Part shown: piece by piece, positions 37,026 to 49,242 of the stretch
Layout: each line of letters starts with the position of its first letter
How positions within the stretch are numbered: the first letter of the stretch is position 1
Origin: a virus
Length of the DNA: 64,000 bases
IMG/VR virus record: IMGVR_UViG_3300021963_000094
Coordinates: 1-64,000 of that record
Reading direction: 5' to 3' (one strand)
Translations under genes and position numbers: made by a program
The notes under the pieces: model-generated
Told to the model about the DNA's origin: nothing
The model's input: only the letters and a program-made list of their open reading frames with translations
The model's database searches: none

Positions 37026-40000
37026 ATGGCAGGTACCAAAAATTCAATAAGTTCTCTATTAGCTCAGTTTTTGAGACTTCAGAAAAATTCTCTGGAGATC
37101 ATTAACAAGTTAAGTAATGCTACTACATCCAAGCAAGACACTGTCAATGTGGAATTTCTTGATGATAATAACGTTACTAGTATCATTCCGATACCTTCTT
37201 GGGGATACATTATAAATGAGATTAAAAGATTAGACTCTAACATTAAAACCCTAAGTGGTTTAGATGATGGAAATGCCAATGTTAGAAATGCTGACGGAAC
37301 AGTTTCTAGAATTTATCAGACCAAACCTTTACTAGATCCAGTTGCTCCAAGCAATCTTCAAGTTCCTTCCAATTTTAAATTTAGAAGTAATCACTTTTTT
37401 GAAAGTTTTTTAAACCCTCTTTTGTTTGTTTCCTTTAGTTTAGACGGACAAGTAGATCCAGGAACTAAAAGAGTTTTTGTTAAAAGAATTATTGCTAATA
37501 CCATATCAGATTCACAGAGAAATTATTTCGATACCAATTTAAAGGGCAGAAATGATATTTCTGATTCAGATTTTATGAATTCCCTTTATGGCCAGGGTAT
37601 CACATATACAGTTGATGAAAATCCAGAGGATCTTCCTTTACAAGTTATAAGATACAGCGGAACATTCTCTGTCCTTAGAGTTTTTGATACAACAATTCCA
37701 GTAACTGTCGGGGGACAAATAATTAACCAGACTGTTAGAAAATACAAACTTGACTTAATCACATACAAGGATCTAATATCTAGCTCTTTGAATGCAGATC
37801 GTCAGCTTAAAACTGGCGACGTTTTAATGACTAGTGGTGGAAGCAAATTTGAAATAACAAATGTAGATCTTTCTGAATCCACTGTGGTTCTGAAAAGACT
37901 TAATGGATATGAACCAGTTCCTATAGGAACTAATGCTCTTGTATTAGCTTCTGAAATACTTTCACCTTTGCAAGTGAATGTTAACATTGGACACGACGAA
38001 AGACAAGCGGTTTTTATCAAATCAATTAACGATGAAAAACACGTTACTGGTTCAGCATATAGCAGAGGTGTAGTTTTCCATTCTAATGAAATGCTGATCA
38101 ACACATCGGAGGGAACAATGACCCTTGATGAATTTTACAAGAATCAAGTAGCAGATTTTGGAGCACAATTCCTAGCTAACACTAAGGAAAAAGCAATACC
38201 TTCTGTTTATGGATTGACCCCAAACTCTCCAACGGTTGATTCTGCTAATTTTAAGGTTGTTCAAATCAACAAACAAATAACGCAAACCAATACGTCTGAT
38301 AAATTCTCAAACACTGTACAAACAAAGGTTAAATTACAGAATGAGATAGATGCTCTTAATAAATCTATAGATCAAGCTAGAAGCGAGGTTGCACAATTAG
38401 TTACAACATCAGTGACTTCTGCAAACACATCCAGCAGAGAAAGCTTAATAACTAAGATAGACAGTTTAACTAGAGAGAAGTCCACTAAGACTGCTTTGTT
38501 GCAAACTGTTATTCAAGACCTAAATAATATCACATCTACGTCTCCTGAAATTTCGGAAACACCGAAATATAGAGTTAGAGGATTCTGGCCTATTCCTGCT
38601 CCTATCACAGACGGGAAAACAGGAAACCAAGATGTTATTCAATTTAGAGTTAGATATAGATATTTAACAAAACAAGGAAATGCAACAGCTTCCGACGAGA
38701 TTAAATTTAAGGATAACGACGGAACTGAAAGAAGAGCAACCTATAGTAACTGGGTAGAGTTTAAAACTGATATCAGAAAGAAGGGGTACAACACAACAAC
38801 TAAAAAATACTACTGGTTAGATGAAGATGTTCAGAATGCTGATGTCCCAAACATTAACCAATTAGATATTCCTATAACAGCAGGTGAGAAAGTTGAAATT
38901 AAAGTTGCTTCGGTCTCTGAAGCTGGATGGCCAACCAATCCGCTAGAATCAGATTTTTCGTCTCCAATCACTATTGGATTTCCTGAAGAATTAACCACTG
39001 CAAGCGGAAACGAGCAGTACGTGAAGCAAAATTCTAATGATCAGATTTTGGTTTCTTTGCAGCAGGATTTATCCGCTAGGGGTTTAGATTCACATTTATC
39101 TACTGCTTTTAATAGTGGTGACAAATATTATGCACACGTTGCAGATACTATATCGTCGGGATTCTTTGACGGAACAACCGGTAAATCTCTAGACCTTTAT
39201 CAGAAGCTACTTTCAATGGACCAAGAGATAGCATCTCTTAAAGCTCTTATTGCTGTTGCTAAAGGTGTGCTCTCTGTTTATGTTACATATGGAGCAGGAG
39301 CGAATGCCACATCAATATCTGTTAAGAGAGGATCTTTAGTAGAATTATTTGCTGGATATTACAGTGAATTGTTAGATCTTACAACAGATAACACTAAATG
39401 GGGAAAAATCATTTCAACATTATACACAATAGAATTAAGAAATGAAACAGCTTCTCCTTTAGAATTATCATCAACCATACCAGGAGGGCAGAATATTATA
39501 GCTCTATCTAGCGGTGCCACAGGAGACGGAAGTGCAGACTATAAGAACTTTAGAAAATACGATCTAACGCCTATCTCTTTAACCGGAGTTAAATCGTCTG
39601 ATATAACAGTTGGACTAAGAGACGTTTCTTCTTTTGTTCATGCTGCTCCTTTTCAATCGGCTAATTCAAATTCACAGTTTGTTTACACCAGATATAAATC
39701 AGTTGGATATGACGAAGATTTATTCTTCCAACCTATAACATCTACATCATGGAATGAAAATACAGGAGTTGCTGGACAGCCAGTAGATTATGGCACTTTA
39801 ATTCCATTTAATCCAACTGGGACAAACACCCCAGGATCTACAAACGCAAGCGTTTGGTCTGGTACATATTCAGCAGGAGCTCCGGTAGGAAGTGGAAGAT
39901 TAAATGAATTTTGCGTTCATATAAGTCACCCTACTGTGGTTTACGAAGCAACTCAGGGTACACCTAAAACTTTCAAACAGTTGGTTAAGCCAGCTCAGCC

Positions 40001-40586
40001 TTCACCAGGATCAAAGGGATTTGTTTATCCTGAATTTAGACATGCTGCGGGATTTGAAGCTGCAATAACTGATGTTACACCACAGTATCCTTCAAATCAG
40101 ACTAAGCCTTATCAACAGCTAGGATACAATTTGATTGCAAGTAACATTTATGGTGTAGGGGGAGATAACCACTCTTATCCAGAAAAATTAGGATTTTCAA
40201 CTAACGACGAATATCTAATAGGAAAATATTCATGTGGATCTTATTTATTTATGGCTCCTTCAAGCCACGCTCCTATACAGGTTGAGGGATCAACTTCGCT
40301 AGCAACAAAGGTTCTTTCCCCAGGAGCACAAAATGCAATAGTTATACCAGTTTTATTCCAAATGAGATGTCAGGATAAGCTAGGATATATTGGAGGATTT
40401 AGAACCAGCGGAACGATCAGAAACATTACCTATACCAAAAAGATAGGGATAGATATAAAGGTAAGTAATGAAGAGATATTCTCTTTTGACTTATCAGTTT
40501 CAGGAAGCTATACTAAATCTGCTTTAGCTTCTCCTACTTATTCAAGTTTCAAGGATACGTTAGGAGTTAAGAGATTTAACAACTAA
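37026..40586 (+). CDS. Probable virion structural protein (coiled coil + Fn3-like segment)
   Basis: 1186 aa; central coiled coil; Y.VRGFW.IP...F.V.YRY...W Fn3-like pattern. Confidence 0.55.
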   Translation: MAGTKNSISSLLAQFLRLQKNSLEIINKLSNATTSKQDTVNVEFLDDNNVTSIIPIPSWGYIINEIKRLDSNIKTLSGLDDGNANVRNADGTVSRIYQTKPLLDPVAPSNLQVPSNFKFRSNHFFESFLNPLLFVSFSLDGQVDPGTKRVFVKRIIANTISDSQRNYFDTNLKGRNDISDSDFMNSLYGQGITYTVDENPEDLPLQVIRYSGTFSVLRVFDTTIPVTVGGQIINQTVRKYKLDLITYKDLISSSLNADRQLKTGDVLMTSGGSKFEITNVDLSESTVVLKRLNGYEPVPIGTNALVLASEILSPLQVNVNIGHDERQAVFIKSINDEKHVTGSAYSRGVVFHSNEMLINTSEGTMTLDEFYKNQVADFGAQFLANTKEKAIPSVYGLTPNSPTVDSANFKVVQINKQITQTNTSDKFSNTVQTKVKLQNEIDALNKSIDQARSEVAQLVTTSVTSANTSSRESLITKIDSLTREKSTKTALLQTVIQDLNNITSTSPEISETPKYRVRGFWPIPAPITDGKTGNQDVIQFRVRYRYLTKQGNATASDEIKFKDNDGTERRATYSNWVEFKTDIRKKGYNTTTKKYYWLDEDVQNADVPNINQLDIPITAGEKVEIKVASVSEAGWPTNPLESDFSSPITIGFPEELTTASGNEQYVKQNSNDQILVSLQQDLSARGLDSHLSTAFNSGDKYYAHVADTISSGFFDGTTGKSLDLYQKLLSMDQEIASLKALIAVAKGVLSVYVTYGAGANATSISVKRGSLVELFAGYYSELLDLTTDNTKWGKIISTLYTIELRNETASPLELSSTIPGGQNIIALSSGATGDGSADYKNFRKYDLTPISLTGVKSSDITVGLRDVSSFVHAAPFQSANSNSQFVYTRYKSVGYDEDLFFQPITSTSWNENTGVAGQPVDYGTLIPFNPTGTNTPGSTNASVWSGTYSAGAPVGSGRLNEFCVHISHPTVVYEATQGTPKTFKQLVKPAQPSPGSKGFVYPEFRHAAGFEAAITDVTPQYPSNQTKPYQQLGYNLIASNIYGVGGDNHSYPEKLGFSTNDEYLIGKYSCGSYLFMAPSSHAPIQVEGSTSLATKVLSPGAQNAIVIPVLFQMRCQDKLGYIGGFRTSGTIRNITYTKKIGIDIKVSNEEIFSFDLSVSGSYTKSALASPTYSSFKDTLGVKRFNN

Positions 40587-40601
40587 AAAGTATAACTAAG
40601 A

Positions 40602-43600
40602 ATGGCAGAGAAAAAAGACAAGTATAAATCTTCCTTCGGTATTATAAGAGCTAATCCCAGAATTTCTGGTAACCTTAAGATCAGCGTAGATTCAACCGAA
40701 AACATCTGGTTAAATTCCATTGATTCCAATGATGAGATGTCTAGGAATCAATACAAGGGATATAGAATATCCCCAGACGGAGATTTTGCAAATGATGTAT
40801 ATTCTTTTTTCAATGGCGGGAAAACCCCTACCAATTTTATCTTTGGGATTAAGGGTGAAGAGACTATCAAAGAAAATTTTGTTTCTGCCCTGGGGGATCA
40901 GTACGATGGATTTTATCATGCTGGTGTATCCCCCCTGGTTTCAACCGTTCATGATGAAAGCTTTTCCTACCTAGCACCGATTTGGTTGGGTAAGGATATA
41001 CCGAAATATTTTATTATATTTAGAATAGATGATCCGATAGATTTTTCTTATGTTGTGAAGGTTACCCAACTTGAGATTGGGAAAACCTATAAAGTTTTAG
41101 AAGATTATGGTCTTGATACAACGGCTTTAACCTATCAACAGTATAAGATTAAAACAGACGGTGTTGAGTATTCTGCAGGAAGCATATTTAGTGCAACAAC
41201 AACGTCATTTACCGCTGTTGCTGGATCGGGTAGTGTAGTTCTTTTGGATGCTAATTATAATGTACAAAACGTTGGAGATATCCAAAAACATTTCATTGAA
41301 AACATTCTTCCTAAATCATCGATAGTTTCTACATTTTCACTTCAGAAAGAAAGTAAAATTGGAAGATACATTAGAAATATTCAAAATAATTCTGGGTATT
41401 CTAAATCACTGATAGATGTTAGATTCGAAAAAAATTCTCTCAGCACCTATAACGGTGTTTCAGTTTCTGATGGGGTTTATTGCAAAAAGGGTGAATACCT
41501 GGATTCTCTTTTTACTACCGATTCTACTATGATAGAATTCGATCAGATAATCACTGATGGATTCAAGAGAAATGGAGTTGTTTCGTATAATCTTTTAAAT
41601 CTTGAATTTTTATTTGACGATAAGGATGCTGATCTTTATACCATCAACAGGTATTATGGATTATATGTTGATGATATACCTACTGGTAAATTTCAATTGT
41701 CTGGAGATTTATTTTATAACAAATCAACTGAGAAAGGAAATTTTCCAGAACCTAAATCGTCATTACAGATTTCCAAACAAATGCTCAATCCATTCAATCA
41801 AAATAATGATAATGGATTAAGACTTTTTGTAGATAGTGATTCTAAATGGGGTTATATACCTTCATCAGAAAATATACATATAGATGATAGACTTAAATAT
41901 TTTTACGTAAAAGACAAATACAATAAGTTCCATTCATATAAGCAGGTTAAGAATTACAGTACTGGTGTTTTAAGCTCTGATACATGGGGAGATGATACAG
42001 ATCAGAATGATCTAATAATTTTAAAAGATAGAAAATTAGATCTTTCGATATTCGGAGGAATAGACAAGACTAAAACAAAAGAGTATAAAGGGATTCTTGC
42101 AAAGACTGGGGGAAGATCCTACGGCGTTATAAAAATAACAGGAGAATTACTTCCAAACGATGCTATAGTTTTATATCACCCGTTTGGTGAGAATAAGATA
42201 GGTAATAAAAGATATGATTATTTTGTTGCATCCGAATTAACCTACGTTATAAGCGGGTGGGGTCCAGGAAGTCATATAGACGATAGCGGTGCTTATTATT
42301 TCCATCCATTTGGTACAAACGAAGAAATAGCTAAAGCAATTGCTGCAGCTATTAATAGTGTTAATTACAAATCTTACAAGGCATTTAATATAGGTGATGA
42401 AGTGGTTATTAGATCAGAAGGAAGCGATCATAGAAATAACGATATATTTTCTCTTTTTGTTTATAAGGATTTTTACAACAAAGAAAAATTCAGCACCAGA
42501 GAAAAAATCTATTTCAATGGAATAGACGGGGCAGATTTGACCAACTACTTAAATTTCATTGGTGGATCTGAACATAAAAATACCAGAGTTAAAATCAAGG
42601 CCGAGGATGCTAATAAATTATCGCCTGAAAAAAGTTATATCCGAACAAATTTTGGATTATCAAAAGTTAGATTTGTTGGTAAATTCATAGACGAGACCGA
42701 AGATGAATTATCTTATTACACAATCAAGGATTATACGAGTCATGCAATAGTTGAAATAGAAGACAATACCCATACGATATTATTAGGAACTAGTAATACC
42801 ATTATTGTTGAAGAACTTGTTGAAATAGAAACCGGGATTTTTTCAATGTACGGAGTAAGAGATCTAGATATTGATTTCTGGTCCAGTACTTACGGAAGGA
42901 CACCAACAGAAGAGTATTATCGATATATTGATGTACAACCTGACGGTGTATCAACAATTTATCCAGGAATAGATTATGCATTAGCAGCAGGATCTAGTAT
43001 AGAATACAACGGAGTAACTTACGGACCTAATTCAAACTTTATATTTAGAGGGGTAACTGGAGCGACTGAATATAAACTTTTGAATACTGCTAACGATGCA
43101 AGGGTCAATGTGGTTCCAACCATGTATGTGAATGTTCCCTTGAATATCTCCGGTGGTAATAATGATCCGCATTCGGATCTTGATAAATTTCCAGGATTTT
43201 TAGGATTGCAGGATATTAAATTTCTAGACGATGCTAATTCTATCTACACCAAGAAAGATCAAATGAATTTCGGAAAGGTTGAAAGTGAGTACGATGTACT
43301 AAAAGAAAACTATCTGAGAAATTTAGTTACTCTATCAAGAATAACTCCTTATGTTACTAAATGGGTTTATAATGGGGGAATTGATGTTAGAGGTAACGAG
43401 TATAGACTTAATTCAAGCCCAGCATTTACACCATTAAATTTTTCACCAAGCTTTTTTGGTCAAACAAGGGATCCTTTGTATTTCACTAACGAATGGTATC
43501 TTTTGGAAAACCCTCCAATTGATTCTCCCGCTAATCTTTTAAAGAACTCGTCTAGTTATTGTGTGGGCGGAACAGGGGGAATAAATTTAGACCTAATTAA

Positions 43601-46286
43601 AAATGCAGATCCTTCTTTGGAGGATTATTTCGTGAATCACTTCACTATAGATGGCGAAGATTTTTACAATCTCGATAATGTTAAATTTAGTGATGCAAGA
43701 AATAGAAATTCTGATCAGCTTTACACGTATTTCTCCTATGACGGTGCTTCTGGTTTTTCTGATACACTATTCAGGGGGGTAAAGGTTAGGATCAAAGAAA
43801 GAACCGATGCTTCTTTAGAAACGAAGGAAAGGAATCTTTTCAAATTGAACGATTCTAAATTTGATGGCTATAAGTTTTCTTGCGTGTTAAAATCAATAGA
43901 TGACCCGGATCCGTATAAGGTTACTTCACCTTTAACTTTTAGTGTTCACCAGAATGATCAATTTAAAACTGTAACCCTTGTAATTACAATTGTTAATAAT
44001 GATTTAAGATTTGTGGATCCTGTTAAATTTAGATCAAGCATATACAACGTAAATGGAGATGCTAATAGATTTTTCGAAACAGCTACAGGATCTTGGTTTT
44101 ATAACCCAACAGGAATATACGGGGGACTTGATTATTTTGGACTATATTCAGTTAGTAACAAATACAGACATAGTGTTTCATTAGGATCTGGAGGCACTGA
44201 ATATGCCAGATTAAATAATGGTGGTTATCTTTCCTCTGCCATAGGTAATGTTAAATTGAGCTCAGGTTTAAATGTAACAAGAAGAGCTACGATAGGATTC
44301 TCATCCATTGTTGACGAAACAACCACTGAAGGAACTGGAATAGTGGCGATAGCGGTTAATTCTGAATACGACACAGATCTTCGTGAAGAAGTTAAATTCT
44401 ATTCTCCAACAACCCCTGTTGGAGGAACCGGATCTAGACCAAGCACATTTAAATCGGCCTACACTATGTTCTCGCCTAGATCCGATGTTAATGGAGGATA
44501 TTGGTTTAGAACTCCATGGATCACTGGAGCAGGAAAAAATTATGTCAATTATAACGAGGTTAGTTATAATAACGGTGCTGGATATTTCTTCGACTTTACA
44601 AGTTTAGGATATCCTTTTACCAACGGATACACTAACGTTCCTATCAGTGCTTCATATAATGCTATTAAGAACAGAGCGGTTTATCAATTTGCTTCTGGAG
44701 AAAACTATTGGGATTCCTTATTAAATAAGATAACATTCCCTGAGATCTATAGGATTTTCACCGAGGATAGCAGTTACATCAATTATACAAAATCAACATG
44801 GGACGCTGCAACACAGACCACGGTGATAACAGAGAACACATTTGCTTTAGAATTTATTAAACCATCGTCTTTCGTTCAGAATTTTAGGAAAATTCCTATC
44901 GAAGAGGATTATAAGCCAGAATCATATTCAAATACAAATGTTGGATATAAACTTGTAGAAGAAGAGGCTGTAACGGAATTCTTCAGATATGGAGGTGGAT
45001 ATGTTCCTAAATTCAAAGATATTTTGTTATTCGATAACATAAAGAACGACAGATTATCAGCAGATAAAAATCCACCAACAGATCAAAATCCAAATGTTTT
45101 AGATGTTATTGTTAAGATACAATTAAAAACGTTGACCTCTAAATACTATGGAGTAGGATCGAACTATGAGATATTAATAAACGGGACTACTAGAAAAAAA
45201 CTAAGATTGGTTAAGGGTAATTCTTATAATTTTATATTTGATAATTTCTCCATTCTTTCTTCCAACAATTCTGGCCTTAAGAAAAACTTTGTTATGTCCT
45301 ATGTGGCTGATTCGGGAGAGCCAGCTAATCTTTATACCGATGGGTTTTCATACACTAGTAACACGACAGCTTTATTCGTTGTTCCACAGGATGCACCGGA
45401 TCAATTGTACTATGAGATACAAAGCGAAAATTTCTCTGGAGCCTCTGCTTTAATAACAGAATCTCTGGAATACAAGAACGTAACATTAGGTGTAAACAAG
45501 GATTCATTTGCAAAAGTTAAGAATCTTAGTCTTTACAAATATTCTAAATCCAATCCGTTTGGAATAGATCCACAATCAGGATTTAAACCCCAGTATCCTT
45601 TAATAGGTGAAACACCTATTGACAGAAGGGATATGTTTATATTCGAAAGCACATGGGATGCTGGAAGATATAGAGAATATTTTGCACCTACAACATATCA
45701 GTATGTTCCTGGAGTAAAAAATATGCTAGAGCAAAAATCGTTTTTCGGAAGCAAGGTGATGCAAACACCTAATCTAATAAAACAACCTATGCAATTAAAG
45801 TATCCGTCAGCCTTATCGGATGTTTTCAATGTTAATCAAGATCTTTATCCTAAATATGAAATTTTATGGGAAGAAACTGATACTGAGATAAAGGCATTAC
45901 TATTAGTGGACAGAACAGCGGTTAAACATTTCCAGAACGGAGGAATAGATAAGAAATTTTCAGAATTGCTTGTTTCTGAATTCGGTGTGGGAAATGAGAC
46001 GATTTTAACTGATGATGCCGATGAATATGTGAAAAACAACATTTTACCTCAATACGAGGCGAAAGAGATTTTAGTTTTTGTGAAAAAAATAAAAGTAACG
46101 CAGGGAGTGGATCTTCAACCGATAATAACAGATTTATCTGATTATCAAAAGATATCCACTGGATTTATCAAATCTGCTAATAATGACATTAAAAAAAGAG
46201 GTTCTCTTGCATATGAATATAAATTACAAAAGGATCCTTCCTTCGATTACTCGGTGGCATTCTCTTTTGTGATTGGAAAAATATAA
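40602..46286 (+). CDS. Giant (1894 aa) probable virion structural protein
   Basis: In the late operon; contains small accessory beta modules and a cupredoxin-like module (L.L.KG..Y.F...VP.DAP..LYY). Confidence 0.55.
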   Translation: MAEKKDKYKSSFGIIRANPRISGNLKISVDSTENIWLNSIDSNDEMSRNQYKGYRISPDGDFANDVYSFFNGGKTPTNFIFGIKGEETIKENFVSALGDQYDGFYHAGVSPLVSTVHDESFSYLAPIWLGKDIPKYFIIFRIDDPIDFSYVVKVTQLEIGKTYKVLEDYGLDTTALTYQQYKIKTDGVEYSAGSIFSATTTSFTAVAGSGSVVLLDANYNVQNVGDIQKHFIENILPKSSIVSTFSLQKESKIGRYIRNIQNNSGYSKSLIDVRFEKNSLSTYNGVSVSDGVYCKKGEYLDSLFTTDSTMIEFDQIITDGFKRNGVVSYNLLNLEFLFDDKDADLYTINRYYGLYVDDIPTGKFQLSGDLFYNKSTEKGNFPEPKSSLQISKQMLNPFNQNNDNGLRLFVDSDSKWGYIPSSENIHIDDRLKYFYVKDKYNKFHSYKQVKNYSTGVLSSDTWGDDTDQNDLIILKDRKLDLSIFGGIDKTKTKEYKGILAKTGGRSYGVIKITGELLPNDAIVLYHPFGENKIGNKRYDYFVASELTYVISGWGPGSHIDDSGAYYFHPFGTNEEIAKAIAAAINSVNYKSYKAFNIGDEVVIRSEGSDHRNNDIFSLFVYKDFYNKEKFSTREKIYFNGIDGADLTNYLNFIGGSEHKNTRVKIKAEDANKLSPEKSYIRTNFGLSKVRFVGKFIDETEDELSYYTIKDYTSHAIVEIEDNTHTILLGTSNTIIVEELVEIETGIFSMYGVRDLDIDFWSSTYGRTPTEEYYRYIDVQPDGVSTIYPGIDYALAAGSSIEYNGVTYGPNSNFIFRGVTGATEYKLLNTANDARVNVVPTMYVNVPLNISGGNNDPHSDLDKFPGFLGLQDIKFLDDANSIYTKKDQMNFGKVESEYDVLKENYLRNLVTLSRITPYVTKWVYNGGIDVRGNEYRLNSSPAFTPLNFSPSFFGQTRDPLYFTNEWYLLENPPIDSPANLLKNSSSYCVGGTGGINLDLIKNADPSLEDYFVNHFTIDGEDFYNLDNVKFSDARNRNSDQLYTYFSYDGASGFSDTLFRGVKVRIKERTDASLETKERNLFKLNDSKFDGYKFSCVLKSIDDPDPYKVTSPLTFSVHQNDQFKTVTLVITIVNNDLRFVDPVKFRSSIYNVNGDANRFFETATGSWFYNPTGIYGGLDYFGLYSVSNKYRHSVSLGSGGTEYARLNNGGYLSSAIGNVKLSSGLNVTRRATIGFSSIVDETTTEGTGIVAIAVNSEYDTDLREEVKFYSPTTPVGGTGSRPSTFKSAYTMFSPRSDVNGGYWFRTPWITGAGKNYVNYNEVSYNNGAGYFFDFTSLGYPFTNGYTNVPISASYNAIKNRAVYQFASGENYWDSLLNKITFPEIYRIFTEDSSYINYTKSTWDAATQTTVITENTFALEFIKPSSFVQNFRKIPIEEDYKPESYSNTNVGYKLVEEEAVTEFFRYGGGYVPKFKDILLFDNIKNDRLSADKNPPTDQNPNVLDVIVKIQLKTLTSKYYGVGSNYEILINGTTRKKLRLVKGNSYNFIFDNFSILSSNNSGLKKNFVMSYVADSGEPANLYTDGFSYTSNTTALFVVPQDAPDQLYYEIQSENFSGASALITESLEYKNVTLGVNKDSFAKVKNLSLYKYSKSNPFGIDPQSGFKPQYPLIGETPIDRRDMFIFESTWDAGRYREYFAPTTYQYVPGVKNMLEQKSFFGSKVMQTPNLIKQPMQLKYPSALSDVFNVNQDLYPKYEILWEETDTEIKALLLVDRTAVKHFQNGGIDKKFSELLVSEFGVGNETILTDDADEYVKNNILPQYEAKEILVFVKKIKVTQGVDLQPIITDLSDYQKISTGFIKSANNDIKKRGSLAYEYKLQKDPSFDYSVAFSFVIGKI

Positions 46287-46290
46287 GGGA

Positions 46291-46301
46291 GATATATATA
46301 A
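46291..46301 (+). promoter_or_regulatory. Putative late promoter (GATATATATAA)
   Basis: Recurrent motif, 16 nt before ATG 46318. Confidence 0.55.
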
Positions 46302-46317
46302 AAAGTAATACTTAGAG

Positions 46318-48585
46318 ATGCCGAAAATAAACATATTAAATATTCTTGCAGGGGATCAACAGGCAATACTTGTAGACAAGGTAAACTACAACTTTGATCA
46401 AATTTTAACTGCAGGTGGTGGACCACAAGGCCCTCAAGGCATCAGAGGTGCTACTGGACCTATAGGACCTCAAGGAATACAGGGACCAACCGGCCCACAG
46501 GGACTAAAAGGAGCTAGATGGTACGTTCAGGTAACAGCACCTGATTCCGAGAATATTTTTCACACCCCATGGGGAGAACCAGAATTAGGCGATTATTGGT
46601 TAGCTGGTGCTGACAATGATAATCCCTATGGAATTTATGTTTATAATGAAACTAGCCCAGGAACTTTAAGCTGGGAATATTCTGGTGTATTCTTTGCTAA
46701 TACCTCAGCATTTACTCCGGTTGACGACATAAACCAAACGGACGAGAGAGCATTAATACATGACACATTGTTCAGTAATAGATATTCTCTAGTTTTAAGT
46801 GATTATGGAGTTACTGGATCCGAAACAGATTTTAAATACAGAGAGACCAATAAATTTGGTATTAACGGTGAAAGGTCCAAGCTTAAGATAGCTACAGATT
46901 TCAATTCCCCATTCTTATCTCTATTATCATTTGGTAGAGCTAATTTGGATGATGGTAACAGATCCAATACATCCTATAGCTTAAATAGAAATCCTAGATT
47001 TAGATGGAAGAATCTAACAGGAAGCGATCATCATATAGAATTCTTTTCTCCGGTCGGTGATTACCATGTAACAACCCCTAAGTTTGTTATCGGGGGTGCA
47101 ACTGCTGCTTTTTCTATCACAGGTTATAATACAACTGGAGATATAGCTCAGCTTAGAACAAATGGAGGTACATATTTCTTTGGATTTGATAAAGATGGAT
47201 ATGCCACTAAAGGTATGCCTTATAATCCAACAATAAGTGCAGGTATCCTTTCTTCCAGTCCTAATAATTTGGATTATTATGAAGAGGGTGATATGAGATC
47301 ATTCCTCCAATTAAAAACATACTGTAATACATCAGAATGGAGTGGAGCACCAGATTCTACGTATAAAAACGTGAAAGCCAGATATACCAGAATAGGTAAT
47401 TTAGTTCATGTTGATTTTACAATTAAAATAGATGGACTTTCTGCTACTGTTCCTCAGTATAACGATTTCGGGGGTGTACTATTCATTAAAGGATTTCCTT
47501 ATGATCCGGACTTTACGTTAAGATCTGGTGAAAGTGCTAATGCAACATCATCTGATATACCTAGACCTTCGATGCCAGCGATACCACTCAAGGCATCTAT
47601 AGGAGATTCAACCCTGGTTGATCTCTCTGGTGCATTTTTTAACTATACAACAAGTACTAGTGAAACTGAAACAAGATTGGTTCTTTATAAAAATAATGGG
47701 TCTTTATTTAACGTTAGCAATCTAACAACTGCTACTTCATATTTATATGGTAGTTTTAGTTACAGCACACAAAGCCCAACTAGAATCAGTAGCATAGTTA
47801 CCCCAAGTGGATATTGTACAGGACTTTTACCAGTACCAACTCCAGCACCAACGCCAGCGCCAACACCGGCTCCGACACCGGCTCCAACGCCAGCGCCAAC
47901 ACCGGCGCCTGATTATAGTTTCGAATGGGAATATGCTAATTATGTTGCAGGACCAACACCAGCACCAACACCAGCACCGACGCCAGCACCAACGCCAGCA
48001 CCAACGCCAGCGCCTCCTGGCCCAACGCCAGCGCCTACACCGGCTCCGACGCCAGCACCAACGCCAGCACCAACGCCAGCGCCAACGCCAGCACCGACGC
48101 CAGCACCAACACCAGCACCGACGCCAGCACCAACACCTGCTCCTGCAGCATGTAACATAAGCGATCCAAGCTATGTGACTGTGAGTACACCTAGTACATA
48201 CGGATCAATTTACGTGTCAACTGGTAGAAATATAAGATTGAGTGTCTTTGGAGGAGCTACGTACGGAGGTAATAATAGAGGCTTCCTTACTGTAACAGGG
48301 GTAAGCGGAACACCTACACCTAGTCCAAATGCTATAAGTGTTTATGCAGCAAACTTTGCTAATGCATCGGATAATCTTGGATTACCTGCTGGTTATTACA
48401 GTTTCTATCTGTACATGACACCACAAGGATCTTCTGGACATAATGCTGGTATATCTTGCGGTGATGTTATAACATATACACCAACACCTAGCCCAACACC
48501 TAGCCCAACCCCTAGTCCAACACCTAGTCCTGGCGGAGGCGGCGGAGGCGGAGGCGGCGGAGGTAGCATCCCGCAGTTTGAGTAA
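46318..48585 (+). CDS. Tail fibre with collagen-like segment, DYYEEG/YTRIGN module, (PTPA)n arrays and poly-Gly tail
   Basis: D......K.N.NF N-terminus, 11 G-X-Y triplets, LDYYEEG...[12 protein letters not shown] fibre motif and Pro/Thr repeats. Confidence 0.75.
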   Translation: MPKINILNILAGDQQAILVDKVNYNFDQILTAGGGPQGPQGIRGATGPIGPQGIQGPTGPQGLKGARWYVQVTAPDSENIFHTPWGEPELGDYWLAGADNDNPYGIYVYNETSPGTLSWEYSGVFFANTSAFTPVDDINQTDERALIHDTLFSNRYSLVLSDYGVTGSETDFKYRETNKFGINGERSKLKIATDFNSPFLSLLSFGRANLDDGNRSNTSYSLNRNPRFRWKNLTGSDHHIEFFSPVGDYHVTTPKFVIGGATAAFSITGYNTTGDIAQLRTNGGTYFFGFDKDGYATKGMPYNPTISAGILSSSPNNLDYYEEGDMRSFLQLKTYCNTSEWSGAPDSTYKNVKARYTRIGNLVHVDFTIKIDGLSATVPQYNDFGGVLFIKGFPYDPDFTLRSGESANATSSDIPRPSMPAIPLKASIGDSTLVDLSGAFFNYTTSTSETETRLVLYKNNGSLFNVSNLTTATSYLYGSFSYSTQSPTRISSIVTPSGYCTGLLPVPTPAPTPAPTPAPTPAPTPAPTPAPDYSFEWEYANYVAGPTPAPTPAPTPAPTPAPTPAPPGPTPAPTPAPTPAPTPAPTPAPTPAPTPAPTPAPTPAPTPAPAACNISDPSYVTVSTPSTYGSIYVSTGRNIRLSVFGGATYGGNNRGFLTVTGVSGTPTPSPNAISVYAANFANASDNLGLPAGYYSFYLYMTPQGSSGHNAGISCGDVITYTPTPSPTPSPTPSPTPSPGGGGGGGGGGGSIPQFE
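46420..46518 (+). repeat. Collagen-like (G-X-Y)11 repeat
   Basis: [33 protein letters not shown]. Confidence 0.9.
47836..48144 (+). repeat. 12-bp coding tandem repeat (CCAACGCCAGCA-type) encoding (PTPA)n, in two blocks
   Basis: Blocks at 47836-47910 and 47953-48144, separated by [14 protein letters not shown]. Confidence 0.95.
48481..48564 (+). repeat. (PTPS)n followed by poly-Gly
   Basis: CCAACACCTAGC units followed by a GGC/GGA run of about 11 Gly. Confidence 0.9.
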
Positions 48586-48592
48586 ATAATAA

Positions 48593-49237
48593 ATGGATCC
48601 AATTATGAATAGAGAGGTAAAACCGGGAGAAAATTTTCTATACCAAAGAGGGGTAGTTTCAACTACCTTTCCTTGGGATAGACCATCATACACATCGGTA
48701 AAGAATTATTTAGAATATCTAAAAACCGAATCTACTGTGTTTGACGAATTTGAAATTTATCTGGCAGGTGGAATATTATATGATTTCAATAATACATGGG
48801 ACGTAGACATATTTCTGGTTGGGGGATCTCAGACCGATGCAAGAATAGAGGAGCAACTTAATTTCATGACCGACGTTGCTTTAAATAAATTTTTCCTGCT
48901 TGTTGATGTTTCCTGGTATGAAAGAAAAACCTCAGATTATGAGTACAGCACAATGGAGGCTAATAACTTTCTTTCTGAGGATATCACCTATAAAAAGATA
49001 GGACATTTTAAAAAGGAAATGGGGGGTGAGGCAATCGAATATGATATGAGAATCATCCCGGATATAGAAACTATAGGTGATTATTTGGTAAAGGGGAGTT
49101 TTAATGGATTTAGGCACAAAGATAAAATGATAAATAAGGTTAAAGATCATCCAAATCAATCTGTAATAACAACATTTAGTGCAGAGGAATTTCTATTGAG
49201 TGACGAGGATCATTTTTTGAATAATACTAATAGATAA
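48593..49237 (+). CDS. Pol-beta-superfamily nucleotidyltransferase-like protein
   Basis: YLAGG......TWDVDIFL (hG[GS]...DxD motif) plus a later VDV strand supplying a third Asp. Confidence 0.6.
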   Translation: MDPIMNREVKPGENFLYQRGVVSTTFPWDRPSYTSVKNYLEYLKTESTVFDEFEIYLAGGILYDFNNTWDVDIFLVGGSQTDARIEEQLNFMTDVALNKFFLLVDVSWYERKTSDYEYSTMEANNFLSEDITYKKIGHFKKEMGGEAIEYDMRIIPDIETIGDYLVKGSFNGFRHKDKMINKVKDHPNQSVITTFSAEEFLLSDEDHFLNNTNR

Positions 49238-49242
49238 ACAAA

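Noticed and set aside
47807-48160. Alternative-frame ORFs with QHQRQR or GAGVGAGV repeats (47807+, 47940-, also 49446-, 53266+)
   Set aside because: They are shadows of the stop-free 12-bp PTPA repeat in other frames or strands, with no independent start context.
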